Origin: Podarcis filfolensis | Lineage: Eukaryota | Assembly (NCBI GenBank): GCA_964270895.1 | Contig: OZ185442.1 | Direction: 5' to 3' (one strand) | DNA length: 64,000 nucleotides | Shown here: positions 1 to 11,084 of the stretch, one piece after another | How positions within the stretch are numbered: the stretch's first letter is position 1 | Layout: every line of letters begins with the position of its first letter | Made by a program: the position numbers and the translations under genes | The notes under the pieces: generated by a model | Seen by the model: the letters and a program-made list of their open reading frames with translations, nothing else | Database searches by the model: none | Told to the model about the DNA's origin: nothing

Positions 1-929
1 ATATTGCTTTTGCAGTATCCTGAGGTGTCCTTCACACATTGTAATAGCTCTTTGAGAGACACTTTTCTGTGGGTTCATCCCATCATATGTGGCACCAGTG
101 GGGAAGAAGATAGGTAGCTTGCCCCCTCCTTGTTGCTAGAAAGACTCTTTCCACATGCTTCCCACACCCCCAGACAGTGCTTTGCCACCCCCTTTTTCTG
201 GTGCCGCTGCTACGTCTCAAGGCACTGCTGAAATGTTTATAAAGACCTGCAGCCAAGTAGGTGATTGCAGCTGCTTGAGTCTGTGCTGCCTGGTCAGATC
301 AGGGATGGTCACCTGACAACGGGTCTGTGTAGCTAGCCTACCGCCTCCCCCCACCTCCCTTTGGTTGTAGGCCTCCTGGGTCCTGAACCTCTGGAAAAAC
401 AGCTCCAGCTGCTGCTGCATTGTAACATGTATCTGAGCTCCACTTTCTTTGACAGTTTGCTAAATGTATTCTGAATTTCTCAGTGAAGGCGCTCCCTGCC
501 TTTAAAAAAAAAAGCAAAGCTTAACTGTGAGTTATTTGTCTTCATAGTTGGAACGACTTTGATTATTAACCTTGCCAGTGTTTGTAGCTTGGAAATTGCT
601 CCAAGGAGCAGAGAAAGAAGGAAGCTGGTCAGTGCCGAGGCTGCTTTGTATGTGGGTGTAATGCAAGTTCATGCAAGGGGAATACGAAACAGGAGCAGTG
701 CTTGGCCGCAGGGGAAAGAGGCTGTTTTGTTCAGCCCATTTCTTGACTTCCTAATAAATAGTGTACATTAAGCAAGGATCATGTAGCCTGGATTTCAAAA
801 TACAGAGGGCACGTGTTCTGCTCTGTCACTGCCCTGCTTTTTGTGATGTGATACGTCACATGGTGGGCTCCTTATTTTTAAGGCATGTGCCTTGTTTGTC
901 GGCTCCAGTTACTGTTTCTTGATGATCAG

Positions 930-1045
930 AAGGCAGCCGGTGAACCGGTCGCTCCGTCAGAAAGGGACTTCCTTACTAGGGACCGGCATGGAACTTTCTA
1001 ATCCAACTCACCATTGTGTGGGATTGTATTTGAGAACCTCATGAG
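930..1045 (+). other. EIF4G3: Candidate alternative 5' exon containing a uORF (988-1044) and an ATG at 1041 that splices in frame into exon 3425
   Basis: Acceptor tttcttgatgatcag|A, donor GAG|gtgagc, locally CpG-rich; ATG AG|A ATC CCC reads M-R-I-P. No transcript evidence available. Confidence 0.45.
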
Positions 1046-3424
1046 GTGAGCTTGGGATTCTGTTCTCAGATTTCTTCCAAACTCACAGCCTGAAGGTCGC
1101 CAGTGCAATGTGTATGAGGTGAGTTGGCTTGAATCTTTGCTGTCTGGGGCTGATGGGCATGGTCTTATTAAAACAGCTGAAAGGCGCCTGGTTCAGAAAG
1201 GCTGCCGCTCACTCTGCTTCTCTTTGATCATTATATCCTGCTTTGTCTTTAAATTTTGGACTGTGTAGGGTTAAGGCTCCACATTCTTTGGCGACTTCAG
1301 ATATCTAAATTGGAGAGACAAAGGAGTGGCACTGCTGTTGCTATCCCAACAGAGCTGGGAGGTGTTTTGTGCTGGAAAATGGCCACATTGCCCTCCTTCC
1401 GTGTGGGTGGCATCTCAGTGTTCCCCCTTGGTAACAGACGTTGCTGCCTAAAGCTTCTTGTGACTCCTGTCCACAAACAGGTAGAGTCTCATGTCCAAGC
1501 AGAGTTTAGAAGGGTTCTGTTGGCTGGGCTCCTGCAAAGTAGCCATGGCTAGGTGACGCTTCTGCCTCACTCTTGTCTGTTGCCCTGTGGTGCTGGACGG
1601 GGCATGCAGCTGTGTAAACAAGCCAGAGCAGATTTTGGCTTGCCGTCAAGATCTCAGGGGTGTATTTTATTAGTCCAAGCCAGCATGCAGGAGGGGCGGG
1701 GGCAGAAGGGAAGTTCTGGCCCCTTGCCAGGTGAGGTTCAAATTGCAGTGGAGCTTTTGTGGAAATGTTGCGTGTTCCTAGTTCTGGAATGATGAGGGCC
1801 TGACTTTATCTCATGCCAGAAGGTGGGAGGGGAGCCCCACAAGGTTTGCAGAGCTCAGTCCATTGCCACATAAGTCAGCAAGTCCTGTGGTATCCCAACA
1901 TGAAGGTTTGTTTGTTTGCCGTGGCAGGAATGTTCGTGGGCAACCAGGGTGAGCAATTGTCTCCCATGCTTTCATCCTTCAGGATGTGTTCTTTACACTC
2001 CGGTAAACTTGACTCCTAGCTTGTTAACTATTTCTAGAAGGTTTGTAAGTGTGGTTTCTCTCCACTGTAGCAGACTGTTCGTACAGCTACCACCACCTCA
2101 GTAAGCTCCAGGCCACAGAGTTCCTCCCTGTCAGGTTCTTTTTCCTGGGGATGGTGTGTAGAAACCAGCATTGTCTCTTAGCTGAGTGCAAAGGTCCCAG
2201 TTCTGGTTGTGTGAGGTCAGCTGCTGCTGTTGTCAGGGATTTTCAAATGCCTTGGATAGGTTCTGGTTTTGTGGTTTGATAAAATTTAAGGGAGAATAGA
2301 CACAGAAGCAACAGGACAAGACAGGCACCTTATGGGAGAGTGGTCTAGCTGCTTGCATTTGAGTAGTAATATTATCTTTTGGTGCTTTTCGAAAGAGTGA
2401 TAATCTGCAATTTGGTGTTTACTGCCCTGGATCTCCAGGGCTTGAACCACACTCTGATGGAGGCATGCTGTTCTAGAGAGAAACACTGCCTGCTTTTTTG
2501 GTTTTTAATTGGAGCTCAGTTTAAGTTGAGGCAATTTTAGGGACAACACGCTTTTTCCTTCCTCTCTTGCCTGACCATTCTTCTCTTCATAATGAGTGTG
2601 GGAGCCTCCTTGTGTTGATAGGAAGTTCTTTATAAGCTGGCGGAAATTCATCCTCTGAACCTCTTAGCAAGTGACCACACTGCTTTAAGAAGGGAACTAG
2701 TAGTTTATGAGAGAGCTTAATTCTGTTGCAGAGAATTCTAATTGCTGAATCACATTTATTTTATTTTACCAAACCTTTTATTGTTATCCTTCTGTGGCAT
2801 TAGAAAAAAACCTTTTTTGCTACACCTTTATTTACAGTTTGGATATCCTGGATTATTGCAGCTCTTTTAATTGCAAGTTTAGGGCAGCCAATCAAAGGCA
2901 GCTTTCCTTTAAGCTACAAAATTCTCAGCCTGTTAAGAAGTGAATTCTAGTTCCCAGAACTGCTTTTAAGTAGGGGAAAGGATTAATAGAGTGAAATGCC
3001 AGCGACATAAATGCACTCTCTCTCTCTTTCTTCCTGCATTGTTGGAGACTCAGGCCTGGCCTCCGTCAGACGGATCTGCAGCTGACGAGCTGTTTTCCTG
3101 GGTGACTGAAAGAGGGTGGCCATTTTATATTGAAAATAAAAATTGGGTCGTCTGTTACAACTCTCAGCTTAGATCTCTCATTTACTCAGGTCTATTGATT
3201 TTGTTTTACTGTATCTGGTCACATCTTCTGGGAAGCTAGTTTTCGGCCGTAGAAATTATTCCAGCTGCAGTGTTGAATGTGAGCCCCTTTTCATTGTGGT
3301 TTCTGGCATTTGATAAAATCTTTTGTTTTTATGCTAGTATGGGCAAAGGATTTCACATGTTTCTTTCCTGCCGAACACACTTTCCTCTAGACTTTTGTGT
3401 TTTCCTTGATTTGCTGCTTTACAG

Positions 3425-3500
3425 AATCCCCCGGGGACCTGTGCAGCAGCCCCTGGAGGATCGAATCTTCACTCCAACCGTCTCAGCTGTGTACAGCACT
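3425..3500 (+). CDS. EIF4G3: Upstream exon of the N-terminal extension (xIPRGPVQQPLEDRIFTPTVSAVYST), phase 2 to phase 0
   Basis: Acceptor gctgctttacag|A, donor ACT|gtaagt; 76 nt, open; resembles the remembered human EIF4G3 leader (IPRGPVQQPLEDRIFTPAVSAVYST). Confidence 0.88.
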
Positions 3501-4387
3501 GTAAGTATTCCCCAGCAGTTTTGCCAAGTTCTTTGGTTCCTGTGTAGTTGTGGTTTGCTTAAGTAACACTGCTTTTCCTCCTGCAGCTAATCAACTGGAT
3601 ATGAGCTCTTAGAGCTTTGTGGGGCTGTGTGGAAAGTTTAGCTGCCTCCAGCCACAGAACAATCCTGGGACTAATCTTCATTTAGAAAAGCAGCTCTGTT
3701 TTAAAACCACTTGTTTAATTCAAAATAAGCAAATGAATAATTCAGAGTTGAACTTTCTCAACAGAAACTGCTGGTTTAGGAAGATGCCCTCATTCAGGCC
3801 TCTTCTGCCCAGTATCTTTGGCAGGTGAGACCTGATTCAGATAACATGTTTGCAGTGCAATCACAACTCCTCAATATAAGCTGCAAAAGTTCTTAAAGTC
3901 TTTTGGGTGTTCTTTAACATAGTTGCTGGAGTTACACTAAAAAAGGAATGAGTTCTTATGGAAGGCAAGAATGAAAGAGTCTGCCACATATTGACTGTGG
4001 TGCTAAATCGTTCTAGTACTGGAGCTCAGTTAAAGGCTGCTCCTCAAATGGTGTCTTGTGGGTTCTGTGTGTGTGTGTTTGCCTTTCTTTGCCCATAATG
4101 GGTGGATGCCCAAGAGGTGTGTTTTGTGCCTGGCATCTGAACAGGTAGCCCACAGTGAAGTGACTCTTCCAGAAAAGAGATTAGGAAGGATTAGCTGATC
4201 TAGCCACTCCGGGTTTATGCCAAAGATGTGGGTCAGGAGGCCGGGCTATTTGGCTGTGTGACTGTTGCTGAGCTGTGAGAAAAATGCTGCGTTTTTTAAA
4301 GGCACGATATGAGCATCAAGGCAGTGAGACCCACTGCTAATGAACTAGCCCAGATGGCCACCAACACTGTTTATTTTTTCATTACAG

Positions 4388-4553
4388 AGGTCACATTCAC
4401 ACCATGCATTTAAAGCACATGGCTTCTCCTGAGGAATCCTGGGAATTATAGTTTAAGGGTGCTGGGAATTGTAGCTCTGGGAGGGGTAAACTACAGTTCC
4501 CATGTTTATTGGGGGGGGGCATGTGCTTTAAATGGATGGTGTGAATGTGACCT
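4388..4553. mobile_element. MITE (non-autonomous DNA transposon) with 34-bp terminal inverted repeats
   Basis: 4388-4421 AGGTCACATTCACACCATGCATTTAAAGCACATG is the reverse complement of 4520-4553 with 1 mismatch; no clear TSD. Confidence 0.75.
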
Positions 4554-4947
4554 ATGTTGTATCCTTGTGCATTGCCTAAATTGCATTTTAGAAAAAATAC
4601 AGAAATAACTTAAGTAGATCTTCCAAAGTCTTTGGTGGGCATATTTCTCAAGGACTGCGTAACTTCTGAGAAAACATGCATGTGTTACAAATACCCAGAG
4701 TGTGGGGTGTTAGTTACTGGGGGCCATTGTTTTTTCCACTGTGAGATGGAAAGTAAATTCCCTCCTTTTTGGTTGGTAGAATGATAAATAGTCATAATTT
4801 GAGAGCTGAACACATGACAGAGCTCTGGTAACTGGAGGGTACAATTTAGGAATACAGTACACAATCCACCTATACAGGCACCTTGAACAATCCTGGCAAA
4901 ATACATCACTTGGCTTCTGGTGTCTTTGACAGCTTGTCAGTCTGTGT

Positions 4948-5092
4948 NNNNNNNNNNNNNNNNNNNNNNNNNNNNNNNNNNNNNNNNNNNNNNNNNNNNN
5001 NNNNNNNNNNNNNNNNNNNNNNNNNNNNNNNNNNNNNNNNNNNNNNNNNNNNNNNNNNNNNNNNNNNNNNNNNNNNNNNNNNNNNNNNNNNN
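4948..5092. other. Assembly gap (145 N)
   Basis: Run of n. Confidence 1.
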
Positions 5093-5400
5093 CTGGGCTG
5101 CCCCATCCACTCTGGGCGGCTTCCATCATATATAAAAACATAATAAAACATTACACATTAAAACACTTCCCTATACATGACTGCCTTCAGATGTCTTCTA
5201 AAGGTTATATAGTTACTCATCTCCTTGACATCTGATGGTAGGGTGCCACTACCAAGAAGGCCCTCTGCCTGCTTCCCTGTAGCTCCACTTCTCTCAGTGA
5301 GGGAACTGCCAGAAGGTACTTGGAGCTGGACCTCTGTCTGAGCTGAACAGTGGGGGTGAAGATGCTCCTTCAGGTATACAGGGCTGAGGCCAGTGATCAA
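5093..5400 (-). mobile_element. L2-type LINE 3' remnant (degenerate ORF2 C-terminus plus 3' UTR)
   Basis: Minus-strand peptide ...YLKEHLHPHCSAQ...TLPSDVKEMSNYITFRRHLKAVMYREVF* resembles the squamate L2 ORF2 end; its tail abuts the gap. Confidence 0.7.
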
Positions 5401-6246
5401 GGCAACCAATGACTTTGTATCATTTATAATTATTGGCCTGAGAAGTCTGGATAGCTTTTGCAAACCATAAAGACAGATATAGAATGGTGGGTTCTCCCTC
5501 ACCAGAATACTACAGTGTTTGTTGTATTTAGATTTCAGTTTTCCTCCCATATTTATTTATTTATTTGTCAATAAAAATACAGGTCAGTCAAAATACAATT
5601 ACAACAAAAAAGAAAAAGAAAAGTCAGTTATATAAATAATGTATACAATAAATAAAAATGTGATGAGAATAGCAACTGTGTTGTAACAATGCTGCTTTAG
5701 CCCTGCCCACTTTGAATGTAGGCCCTGCCCATTGCCCTCTCCCAGCCCAGCCTACATATTCCCTGAGCAGATGCAGAGAATTTCCCTACACCTGCTGTAG
5801 AAGGTAACTGGTAAAGCTGGCTGACTTGTAGAGCTCTGAAGATCTGAACCAAAGGATATATAGCCCCTTGTTAAGAGATGGGTGTCATTTAAACAAAGGC
5901 ACAGCAATAATCTCCAGCATCCTCTCGAAAACTTTGGTCTCTTGTGATCTAAGCAGCTCTTGCCGCTTCATAAGCAGAACAGAGGAGACCTTTCCCGCTG
6001 CTGCTACTGAACTGCAGTGCTGTGCTCTAAAAGCAAGGGCCAGTTTGTATGCTGGCTGGATTCTAGGTTTTTCTTTATACCTGCAAAATGTGCATAATTT
6101 CTGATCAAAGAGGCACATAAGTTAGGTGCTAACATTTAGCGTAGCACCTCTCTTCAAAAGGAATCCAGCAATGCAGCCTCTGAAGCAGATGTGTTAATTG
6201 GCATTGTTTGAAGTGTCTCTTGAAGAGTTTCTGCCTCCTGTCTTGG

Positions 6247-6426
6247 CAGTGGCGTAGCGTCGGTTGTCAGCACCCGGGGCAAGGCAAGTAATTTGCGCCC
6301 CCTAACCCATGGATTTGCGCCCCCTAACCCGTGGATTTGCGCCCCCTAACCCATGGATTTGCCCTAACCCCAGATGTTGCGCCCGGTGCGGCCCGCCCCC
6401 CCTGCACCCCCCACGCTACGCCACTG
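6247..6426. mobile_element. hAT-superfamily MITE, 180 bp, with perfect 14-bp TIRs and an 8-bp TSD
   Basis: TIR CAGTGGCGTAGCGT (6247-6260) / ACGCTACGCCACTG (6413-6426); TSD TGTCTTGG at 6239-6246 and 6427-6434. Confidence 0.92.
6291..6370 (+). repeat. 22-bp tandem repeat ATTTGCGCCCCCTAACCCATGG, about 3.5 copies, inside the hAT MITE
   Basis: Units start at 6291, 6313 and 6335, with a deleted fourth unit from 6357. Confidence 0.92.
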
Positions 6427-7962
6427 TGTCTTGGGTCTCCTTGTTTCTGATCAGCCACCTTGACACAGTTGAAATAAGCGAAAGAGAGGGAACCTCTCCC
6501 CATTAAGATTTCTCCCCAAAGAGCACCTTTGCCAGTGCTTCTGCTAGTGGCCAGTGAGCCCCTTAGGTGAGCAGCAGCTTTCCTTTCCCAACAAAAAGCA
6601 CTTTTGGTTTTTATGAATTGGTAGCCAGTCAGTTCTATGCAGTTCTATGACTCTGAAGGGAACAGCCAGGACTACCTCAGGAGATTGGGTGATGCAGCCC
6701 AAAGGCTGGGTATCTTTTTAGGGCCTCCTTTAGCTCCTTAGTTTGAGCTCCATGAGGGTCTTGGGATTTGTGTCCTTTTTCTTGCTCTCCTAGGTATTGT
6801 CAGCATAGAAACACACACAGACAGAAGCTCCTGGGACCATTTCCAGCCGTTGCTCCTGTGATGCCTCAGCTTTGGGGAAATAGAACTATTGGTAATTCTT
6901 GCTTCCTGCTGGGCTCTTGAGACTGGAGGGCCTCTCTCTTGTGGGGCTTCCTTACTGCCTTCCTCCTCTCAGCTGTTGTTTTTCTAATCTTAGGTGGTTT
7001 GGGTGTTTAAAGGGCTGTTGAAATAGGTTTTCAGGGTAGAATGCAGAAGCATCCCTAAGGTGAAGAATCTCTCACACTTTGTGATGGAATCAAGAGTGAC
7101 AGACACGTTGCACTATTCCTCTGGCCCAGTCTGCATTGACTTCCTACACAGACAGCCATTTTGTCAGATCACAAAGGGCCGGCTGGCAGGAAAGGCAGCC
7201 CAGTCTTGCTTTGTCCCTGCAAAGCTGCAAAGTTAAGATCCCATTTACAGATTTGCAGCCTTCCCCCAGTGGAGAAAAGCCTGTTTTTACTGGCAAACGG
7301 TGCGGAGTTAACTCATAAAAGTGGCATTTGCAAAACCCTCAGCAGTGTTTTTCTGTCCTTTTTGGATTTGTATCAATTCTGCTTCTCCTTTTGGGTAGAA
7401 GCTGGTGTTGGTACAGGTGGGTGGAGTTTTTCCCCAAGAGAAAATGCTGAAAGAGAGAGATCCGTTAAGTAATGAAGGGTGGCATTCAGGATAATGCCTT
7501 CTTCCTGGCACTTTAATGTATCCGATCTTGTATTTATTGTGGAATTAATTTCAAGTACATTTCCAATGGGGGGCAGGGAGCTCAAGGTAAGGTTCTGTAT
7601 TACAGAAAACACAAGCACAAGTTAATTAGCCACTTAATTTAACTGAATAATCTTACAATAAGAGAACAACTTATTTACTATACTTGCATTCTGCTATGAA
7701 AAATATAACAAAAATTTACAGCAGTGTTTTGAACAGCTTTTCAGTGTTCAAAGCAGCAACTGAATCCAGACAAGATGATACATTGATCTGGATATGGAGA
7801 ATAGACTTAGGTATTCTTGTTTGTGTTGGAGATATTTATTTATTTAAGAGAATTTATATACTACCTGATTGTAAGAAAACCTCTGAGCAGTCTACAAAAA
7901 TATAAAATAAAGCGTTATGATTATGTTACACTTCCTCTGACAATAATTTTCATGGGTTAAGG

Positions 7963-8187
7963 CAGGGGTCAGCAACCTTTTTCAGCTGTGGGCCAGTCCA
8001 CTGTCCCTCAGACCATGTGGTGGGCTGGACTATATTTTTTGGGGGGAAATGAACGAATTCCTGTGCCCCACAAATAACCCAGAGATGCATTTTAAATAAA
8101 AGCAAACATTCTACTCATGTAAAAACATGTTGATTCCCGGACTGTCCGCTGGCCGGATTGAGAAGGCGATTGGGCCGCATCAGGCCT
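7963..8187. mobile_element. Probable hAT-like non-autonomous element, 3' end interrupted at the CR1
   Basis: Begins CAGGGGTCAGCAACC (hAT-type TIR) and contains gggccgcatc-type subterminal motifs; the matching right TIR was not found. Confidence 0.4.
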
Positions 8188-8188
8188 T

Positions 8189-8731
8189 AGAATCATAGAA
8201 TCATAGAATCATAGAGTTGGAAGAGACCACAAGGGCCATCGAGTCCAACCCCCTGCCAAGCAGGAAACCCCATCAGAGCACTCCTGACATATGGTTGTCA
8301 AGCCTCTGCTTAAAGACCTCCAAAGAAGGAGACTCCACCACACTCCTTGGCAGCAAATTCCACTGTCGAACAGCTCTTACTGTCAGGAAGTTCTTCCTAA
8401 TGTTTAGGTGGAATCTTCTTTCTTGTAGTTTGGATCCATTGCTCCGTGTCCGCTTCTCTGGAGCAGCAGAAAACAACCTTTCTCCCTCCTCTATGTGACA
8501 TCCTTTTATATATTTGAACATGGCTATCATATCACCCCTTAACCTCCTCTTCTCCAGGCTAAACATGCCCAGCTCCCTTAGCCGTTCCTCATAAGGCATC
8601 GTTTCCAGGCCTTTGACCATTTTGGTTGCCCTCCTCTGGAGACGTTCCAGTTTGTCAGTGTCCTTCTTGAACTGTGGTGCCCAGAACTGGACACAGTACT
8701 CCAGGTGAGGTCTGACCAGAGCAGAATACAG
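8189..8731 (-). mobile_element. CR1 LINE, 5'-truncated: ORF2 C-terminus, 3' UTR hairpin and (ATTCTATG)n tail
   Basis: ORF 8273-8620 gives [33 protein letters not shown]...[24 protein letters not shown]; AGAATCAT x3 at 8189-8212; GTTGGA...TCCAAC inverted repeat. Confidence 0.95.
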
Positions 8732-9715
8732 CTGATTAGCTGCTCTCCCTGTGCAAAGGTCAGAGGGGGCAGGGCTTCTTAGGCTGCCTACCTATGGGTT
8801 AAGGGCACTCCTGAATCAGGTGACATCTATGGCAATGTGCATTTTCTGTCAGCTTCAGCTTTAGGTTAATATTCACAGCTGTTTCAAACGGGAAATTTTA
8901 GGACTCAGGCTTTTGCCCTGTTTTGCATGCTGTGGGATTAAATTGTGCCCTACCCTCTTAAAACTGGAGCCCATGACCCTCTCTCATATACACTAAATTA
9001 AAGCCCATTTTTCTGTGCAAAAGGAAACTCCATGGTGGGGTGTTTTGACTTCTCAGGCCAAGCATTATAAGCATGATTCAATAAGTAATGTGTCGTTACA
9101 GTAAATTCATGTGTGTTTATGACTCTCTAGCAGCCAAATGTTGTGGAGAAAAGCAGTTTTTGTTCAGTAATTACCTGCCTTGCTACTGTGCAGTTCTGGG
9201 ACTTTGGCCCACAATCCAGGGCATCTCATTCCACTGGTTTGTGGCCTTTCAGTGTTCTCCCTTAGTATCTTCGCTTGTGTATATAGAACCACACAGAAAT
9301 CACGGTGTTTTTGCAATTGCTCTCCGCCTTTATTGCCTCTGAGCAGATACAAAAGGTTTTCCTTTATGTATGCTACTAGGTAGGTAGTCTAAAAGTTTCA
9401 TTTAGTTGCAAACCAACATGCATTAATTTGTTTATAGTGACCGTCACCATCCTTGTGCCCTCTAGAAATTTTGGACTGAAGCTGTTGTGTCATGCTGGAA
9501 AATGGGATTTGTAGTCCTAAATATCTGGTTGGTAAAGGATAGTTCACAGCCACTGATTGCAATTGCATGATTTGCAAAATCTGTTAGCGTGCTGCCAAAG
9601 CTTTCTGTTTCTGCTGTGGAAGGGTGGGTTCGTATATTATGATTATTTTTTAATGAATTGCATATGTTTCTGTGTGAATGTGCTGATAGTACAATATGTT
9701 TTGCTTAATGCTTAT

Positions 9716-9835
9716 GGGTTGTATCCCATATTAGTCCTACTCAAAGTAAACCTATTGAAATTGATAAGCACGGCTAACTTAGGGCCATTAGTTTCAGTGG
9801 GTCTACTCTGGGTAGGACTTTGTTGGAGACAACCC
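9716..9835. mobile_element. About 120-bp palindromic MITE, family copy 1
   Basis: GGGTTGTATCC...CCTACTCAAAGTAAACCTATTGAA / TTCAGTGGGTCTACTCTGGGTAGG...GGAGACAACCC inverted arms. Confidence 0.65.
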
Positions 9836-10324
9836 TGTGTTTTTAAATATACTGTAAGTTACTCAGAATCTAGTAAATAATAACAATAAAGTAAAATTTG
9901 GGAAAGTTAGTTGAACTGAGTGATTTCAAATTAGTATCTCTTTCCTTGGGGATTTAAAATGTTAAAACTTGATGTCTTCATATTGAATTGTTCCAATTGT
10001 TTGGACCATTCAGGCCCTGCACAGCCTGGGCTCTGGATCTCTCCAGGAGCACCTTTCCCAAGTTGCTCCTCCAGTCCGCGAGTGAAAGATCAAATGTGGA
10101 GAGCTGCTGTTACCAGCTCTGTCGCCTCTTGGAAGATGAGCTTCTTCACCTGCATCATCAGGTGTCCTAGGACTTCCTTCTAAGGAGACCACCTTCAGGC
10201 CTGCTTTCAGACTTTCTTCTCTGCCAGGCATTGAGTGACTTCTGTGCCCACTTTCAGCTTCAGAGTGCTGCTGTTTGACTTGCAATGGGGGTTGTGTTTA
10301 GTGCTCCTTCAGTACAATTTTATG

Positions 10325-10429
10325 GGGTTGCATCCAGCTAAGTTTCACTCAGTGTATACCTAAATCAGTTGTGTCCATTAACTTCATTAGCTTTACTCTT
10401 GAGTAGGACTAGCATTGGCTGCAAACTGT
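10325..10429. mobile_element. Palindromic MITE, family copy 2 (degenerate)
   Basis: GGGTTGCATCCAGCTAAGTTTCACTCAG...ACTCTTGAGTAGGACTAGCATTGGCTGCAA shares arms with the other copies. Confidence 0.55.
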
Positions 10430-10955
10430 AGGATTTATCTTTTTTGGGGGAAGCCTCTTTGAGTGTGTCTCAGGGCCAAATAGGAATTTGAGAATTCCAA
10501 AATAATTGCCAGCCACCTGTTTCCATTGGATGCTTGATGCGGACCAAGCATGTGCCAAGGACGGGGATGCATTGGGAAATAATGGGAAGTTTTACAAGGA
10601 AAGATAAGCGCCTTCTCGTTACTGAAGCTGTAAAGATTTCTCAAAGCAAGGCAATGTTGACCAGGTGAAAGGCTCGCCCTTTTGCCATTGGAGATGTACC
10701 CTTCATCTGTGTTCAAGTTCTGAGATGCAAGATAAGGCGTGTGAACAAGCTCTGCTCCTGCAGCCTCTTGCTCTCCCTGTCCTTTTTTACGGGTGGCCAG
10801 AGAGACGGTGAGTGTATCCGGTGGTAGCTAATTGTGAGCCAAAGGATGGATCGCTTCCTTTTCCTCCCCAGGTCTGTAGCCTCAGCATGTAAATGAACCC
10901 CCATGGAGGGAGCTTTACTAATCTCTGGTTTTACTAACAGTTTATCTCCTCACAG

Positions 10956-11084
10956 GTCACGCAGGTTGCGAGACAGCCAGGCCCTCCTGCCCCCTCCCCT
11001 TACTCTGCACATGAAATAGGCAAGGGGCACCCATCCCTTGCTGCAACGCCACCAGGACATGCCTCCTCCCCAAGCCTCACCCAG
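10956..11084 (+). CDS. EIF4G3: Upstream exon of the N-terminal extension (VTQVARQPGPPAPSPYSAHEIGKGHPSLAATPPGHASSPSLTQ)
   Basis: Perfect TACTAAC branch point at 10932-10938, acceptor ctcctcacag|G, donor CAG|gtaagg; 129 nt, phase 0/0, open. Confidence 0.9.

Noticed and set aside
3587-3824. Possible 238-nt poison exon (ctcctgcag|CTA ... CAG|gtgaga; TGA at 3602-3604)
   Set aside because: Only 86 nt from the upstream donor, with no coding or compositional signal; indistinguishable from a chance pseudo-exon without reads.
4685-5151. Track ORFs running across the N-gap (and those at 61366-61886)
   Set aside because: Artefacts of translating Ns.
9985-10200. Coding-looking minus-strand stretch (MMQVKKLIFQEATELVTAALHI*...)
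   Set aside because: Interrupted by stops and with no recognisable family; possibly a decayed retroelement but not supportable.
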